Positions 61,667 to 64,000 of a stretch of 64,000 nucleotides of DNA are shown piece by piece. The stretch covers positions 480,001 to 544,000 of the forward strand of contig CBDDDZ010000003.1 in NCBI GenBank assembly GCA_965226795.1, written 5' to 3'. A model generated the notes under the pieces. The model saw nothing but the letters and a program-made list of their open reading frames with translations, was not told where the DNA came from and ran no database searches. The first letter of the stretch is position 1. Every line of letters begins with the position of its first letter. The position numbers and the translations under genes were made by a program. This DNA comes from Candidatus Latescibacterota bacterium. Lineage in GTDB: Bacteria; Latescibacterota; UBA2968; GCA-2709665.

Positions 61667-62773
61667 ATGTCCAATTCGATGCCAACGACGGTATCGCCCA
61701 TTACCATGGTCGATTCGAAGCTGGACTCTCTGGCCTTTGATCTGCCTTCCCGCCTGGAGGCGGGCGAGCCACCTGAAGCGCGCGGCCTCAGTCGAGACGA
61801 AGTTCGGTTGATGGTGTCGCGGATAGGCGATGATACGATTGAACACATTGCATTTCGCGATCTGCCCGAGGCGCTGCGCGCGGGCGACGTGCTCGTGATT
61901 AACACAAGCGGCACCCGCAAAGCGTCGTTGCCTGTTGTTCGGCCCGACGGACTGGAACTGAGGCTGCATTTGTCGACGGAATTGCCGGCTGAAATGTGGG
62001 CGGTTGAAGTGCGCTCAGCCGATGCGTCGCGGCCCTTCCCGCACGCCCGGGCGGGCGAGGTGTTGACGTTGCCCGGTGGCGGATCCGCGCAGTTGCACGT
62101 ACCCTATCGGCCCGACTTGCGGGAAGATCCCGCCGCTGCCGTTCGTTTGTGGATTGCAACGATGAATTTGCCCTATGACGTGGAAACGTACCTGGACGTC
62201 CACGGGATGCCCATTCGGTACGGATATGTACGGGACAATTGGTCCATTGGATATTATCAGACCGTATATGCAACGGAAGCAGGCAGCGCCGAGATGCCAT
62301 CGGCCGGCCGCGCATTCACACCCGAGGTCATCACGGCATTGGTTGCGAAGGGGATTCAGATTGCACCGCTGATTCTGCATACGGGTGTGGCAAGCCTGGA
62401 AGCCGATGAGCCGCCATACGAGGAGTATTACCGTATACCGGTCGAATCGACCCGGGTTATCAACAATGCAAGTGAAAATGGCGGGCGGATTATCGCCGTT
62501 GGCACCACAGTGGTTCGGGCGCTCGAAACCGTTGCCGATAAGAACGGACGAGTCTCTCCGGGTGAAGGATGGACGACACTGGTGATTTCACCTGAACGAC
62601 CCATGCGAGTCGTACGTGGTTTGCTGACCGGACTGCACGAACCGCGCGCCACACATCTCGCTATGCTGCAGGCATTGACGGGGGTGAATCATCTGAAACT
62701 GACTTATGAAGCGGCACTCAATGAAGGTTATATGTGGCACGAATTCGGCGATCTGCATTTGATTTTGCCCTGA
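61667..62773 (+). CDS. QueA-like (SAM:tRNA ribosyltransferase-isomerase fold) divergent homologue
   Basis: QueA-fold motifs GDVLVINTS, YQTVYA, AVGTTVVRALET, but variant GSAEMPSAG, PIRYGY, WHEFGD. Confidence 0.85.
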   Translation: MSNSMPTTVSPITMVDSKLDSLAFDLPSRLEAGEPPEARGLSRDEVRLMVSRIGDDTIEHIAFRDLPEALRAGDVLVINTSGTRKASLPVVRPDGLELRLHLSTELPAEMWAVEVRSADASRPFPHARAGEVLTLPGGGSAQLHVPYRPDLREDPAAAVRLWIATMNLPYDVETYLDVHGMPIRYGYVRDNWSIGYYQTVYATEAGSAEMPSAGRAFTPEVITALVAKGIQIAPLILHTGVASLEADEPPYEEYYRIPVESTRVINNASENGGRIIAVGTTVVRALETVADKNGRVSPGEGWTTLVISPERPMRVVRGLLTGLHEPRATHLAMLQALTGVNHLKLTYEAALNEGYMWHEFGDLHLILP

Positions 62774-62833
62774 ACGGGAAGTATATTGGCAAAAGGAGCG
62801 CACCAAACACCTTAATGGCAGACGAAGAGATCC

Positions 62834-63995
62834 ATGCCAACGCGAACCGATCAGCTCAAACAACGCAATCGCGAACTCTCCATTCTGAACGAGATCGCCC
62901 ACGCGCTCAACCAGTCCGTGGACCTCGATCAAGCCCTCGAATCGGTACTTGAAGAAGTGGCCGCGTTGCTCGATCTGAGCACCAGTTGGATATGGCTCTT
63001 CAACGAAGAAACCAATGAACCCTATCTGGCTGCCGCACAGAATCTGCCTCCCGCATTGCGCGACAATCCGGCCCAAATGGAGGGTTGGTGCTATTGCCTG
63101 GACACCTTTCGGAAGAGGCGATTTAACAGGGGCTGCGAATGTGAATGTCGTCACGTGCAGCCGGCTCAAGGGGCTTGTGGAAGGAACGGACGGATTGCGG
63201 TATCACGCGAGTATTCCACTGTACGCGCACAGCAAGAAGGTAGGCGTGTTGAACGTGGGCAGCGTCGAGTGGCGCGAACTCTCAACGGAAGATTTACGCT
63301 TGCTGAATACGGTCGGCGATCTCACGAGTATTGCAATCGAACGGGCGCGATTGTACGAAAAGAGCGTCGAAATCGGCGCCGCGGATGAACGTCTTCGACT
63401 CGCACGAGAAATACACGACACCCTGGGTCAGAATCTGGCGGCCATCCTGATGCGGCTCGAAACACTGGATGCGCTACTCGAAAGCGATACGGACCGCGAG
63501 AAGCTGTCCGCAACCGTGCGCGACGCGATGGCGATGGCTCGCGGTAATCTGGAAGATGCGCGGCGGGCCGTATTGGATCTGCGCGCCGCACCGCTTGAGA
63601 ATCTCACGCTGGCAGAGGCATTGGAAGCTCTAATGCAGGAATTCGGAGCGCACAAAGGCCTGGATACGCGTGTAAAATGCGTCGGCGGACATCCCCTGTC
63701 CGCGAGGGTCGAAGCCGGTTTGTATCGCATGGCGGAGGAGGCGCTGAACAATGTCGCGGCGCATGCAGATGCAACGAAGGCCCTGGTTGAATTGACGTCA
63801 ACTCCTGACTGCGTGGTGCTTATTGTTGAAGACGACGGGTGCGGATTTGACCCGGAAGACACGTCAGAAGCACGATATGGGCTGGTCGGTATGCGTGAGC
63901 GGGCACATTTGCTGGGGGGTTCATTTTCCATTGAGAGCGCGCCCCGGCAAGGCACGCGTCTGGAGATACGTATTCCTCTGGAGCGTCGCATATGA
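62834..63995 (+). pseudogene. Cys-GAF HisKA_3 sensor kinase (YhcY/AirS-like); one extra base near 63110 as assembled
   Basis: GAF with LPPAL...CYC...C; ERLRLAREIHDTLGQ, EALNNV, DDGCGFD, YGLVGMRER; stop overlaps next ATG at 63992. Confidence 0.85.
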
Positions 63996-64000
63996 GCGAG

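Noticed and set aside
61667..62773. Assigning the symbol queA
   Set aside because: Signature motifs and gene context differ from canonical QueA
1..64000. tRNA, rRNA or riboswitch
   Set aside because: None recognised by eye; an Rfam/tRNAscan search would be needed to exclude them

Overview
GC-rich bacterial window with about 45 genes and no rRNA, tRNA, CRISPR, integrase, transposase or reverse transcriptase that I can see. The gene mix (heparinase II/III, many Gfo/Idh/MocA oxidoreductases, PhyH dioxygenase, CocE hydrolase, dockerin/EF-hand-LRR protein) resembles Latescibacterota/Gemmatimonadota/Poribacteria-type marine or sponge-associated genomes; this is inference. Main blocks: (1) PHP-pncB-moaD-moaE; (2) hydrolases/lyase around an ABC-ATPase + DUF4276-like + HicB-remnant insert; (3) a ~25 kb MacB/FtsX export locus with an NtrB/NtrC-like pair, five permease paralogues, a DUF4097 lipoprotein, TlpA, an ECF sigma factor, one adaptor and one ATPase, tied together by three sigma54 promoters with the same tandem enhancer at 65-66 bp spacing; (4) a catabolic cluster; (5) an SDR + QueA-like + Cys-GAF kinase module. 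Intergenic DNA holds nested palindromic repeats. These include a ~200 bp element with a rigid motif-N30-motif-N30-motif geometry that occurs as inverted doublets, a 33 bp palindrome seen in both filled and empty sites, and IS481-like MITEs. About nine small indels interrupt or distort otherwise intact genes and are probably long-read consensus errors.
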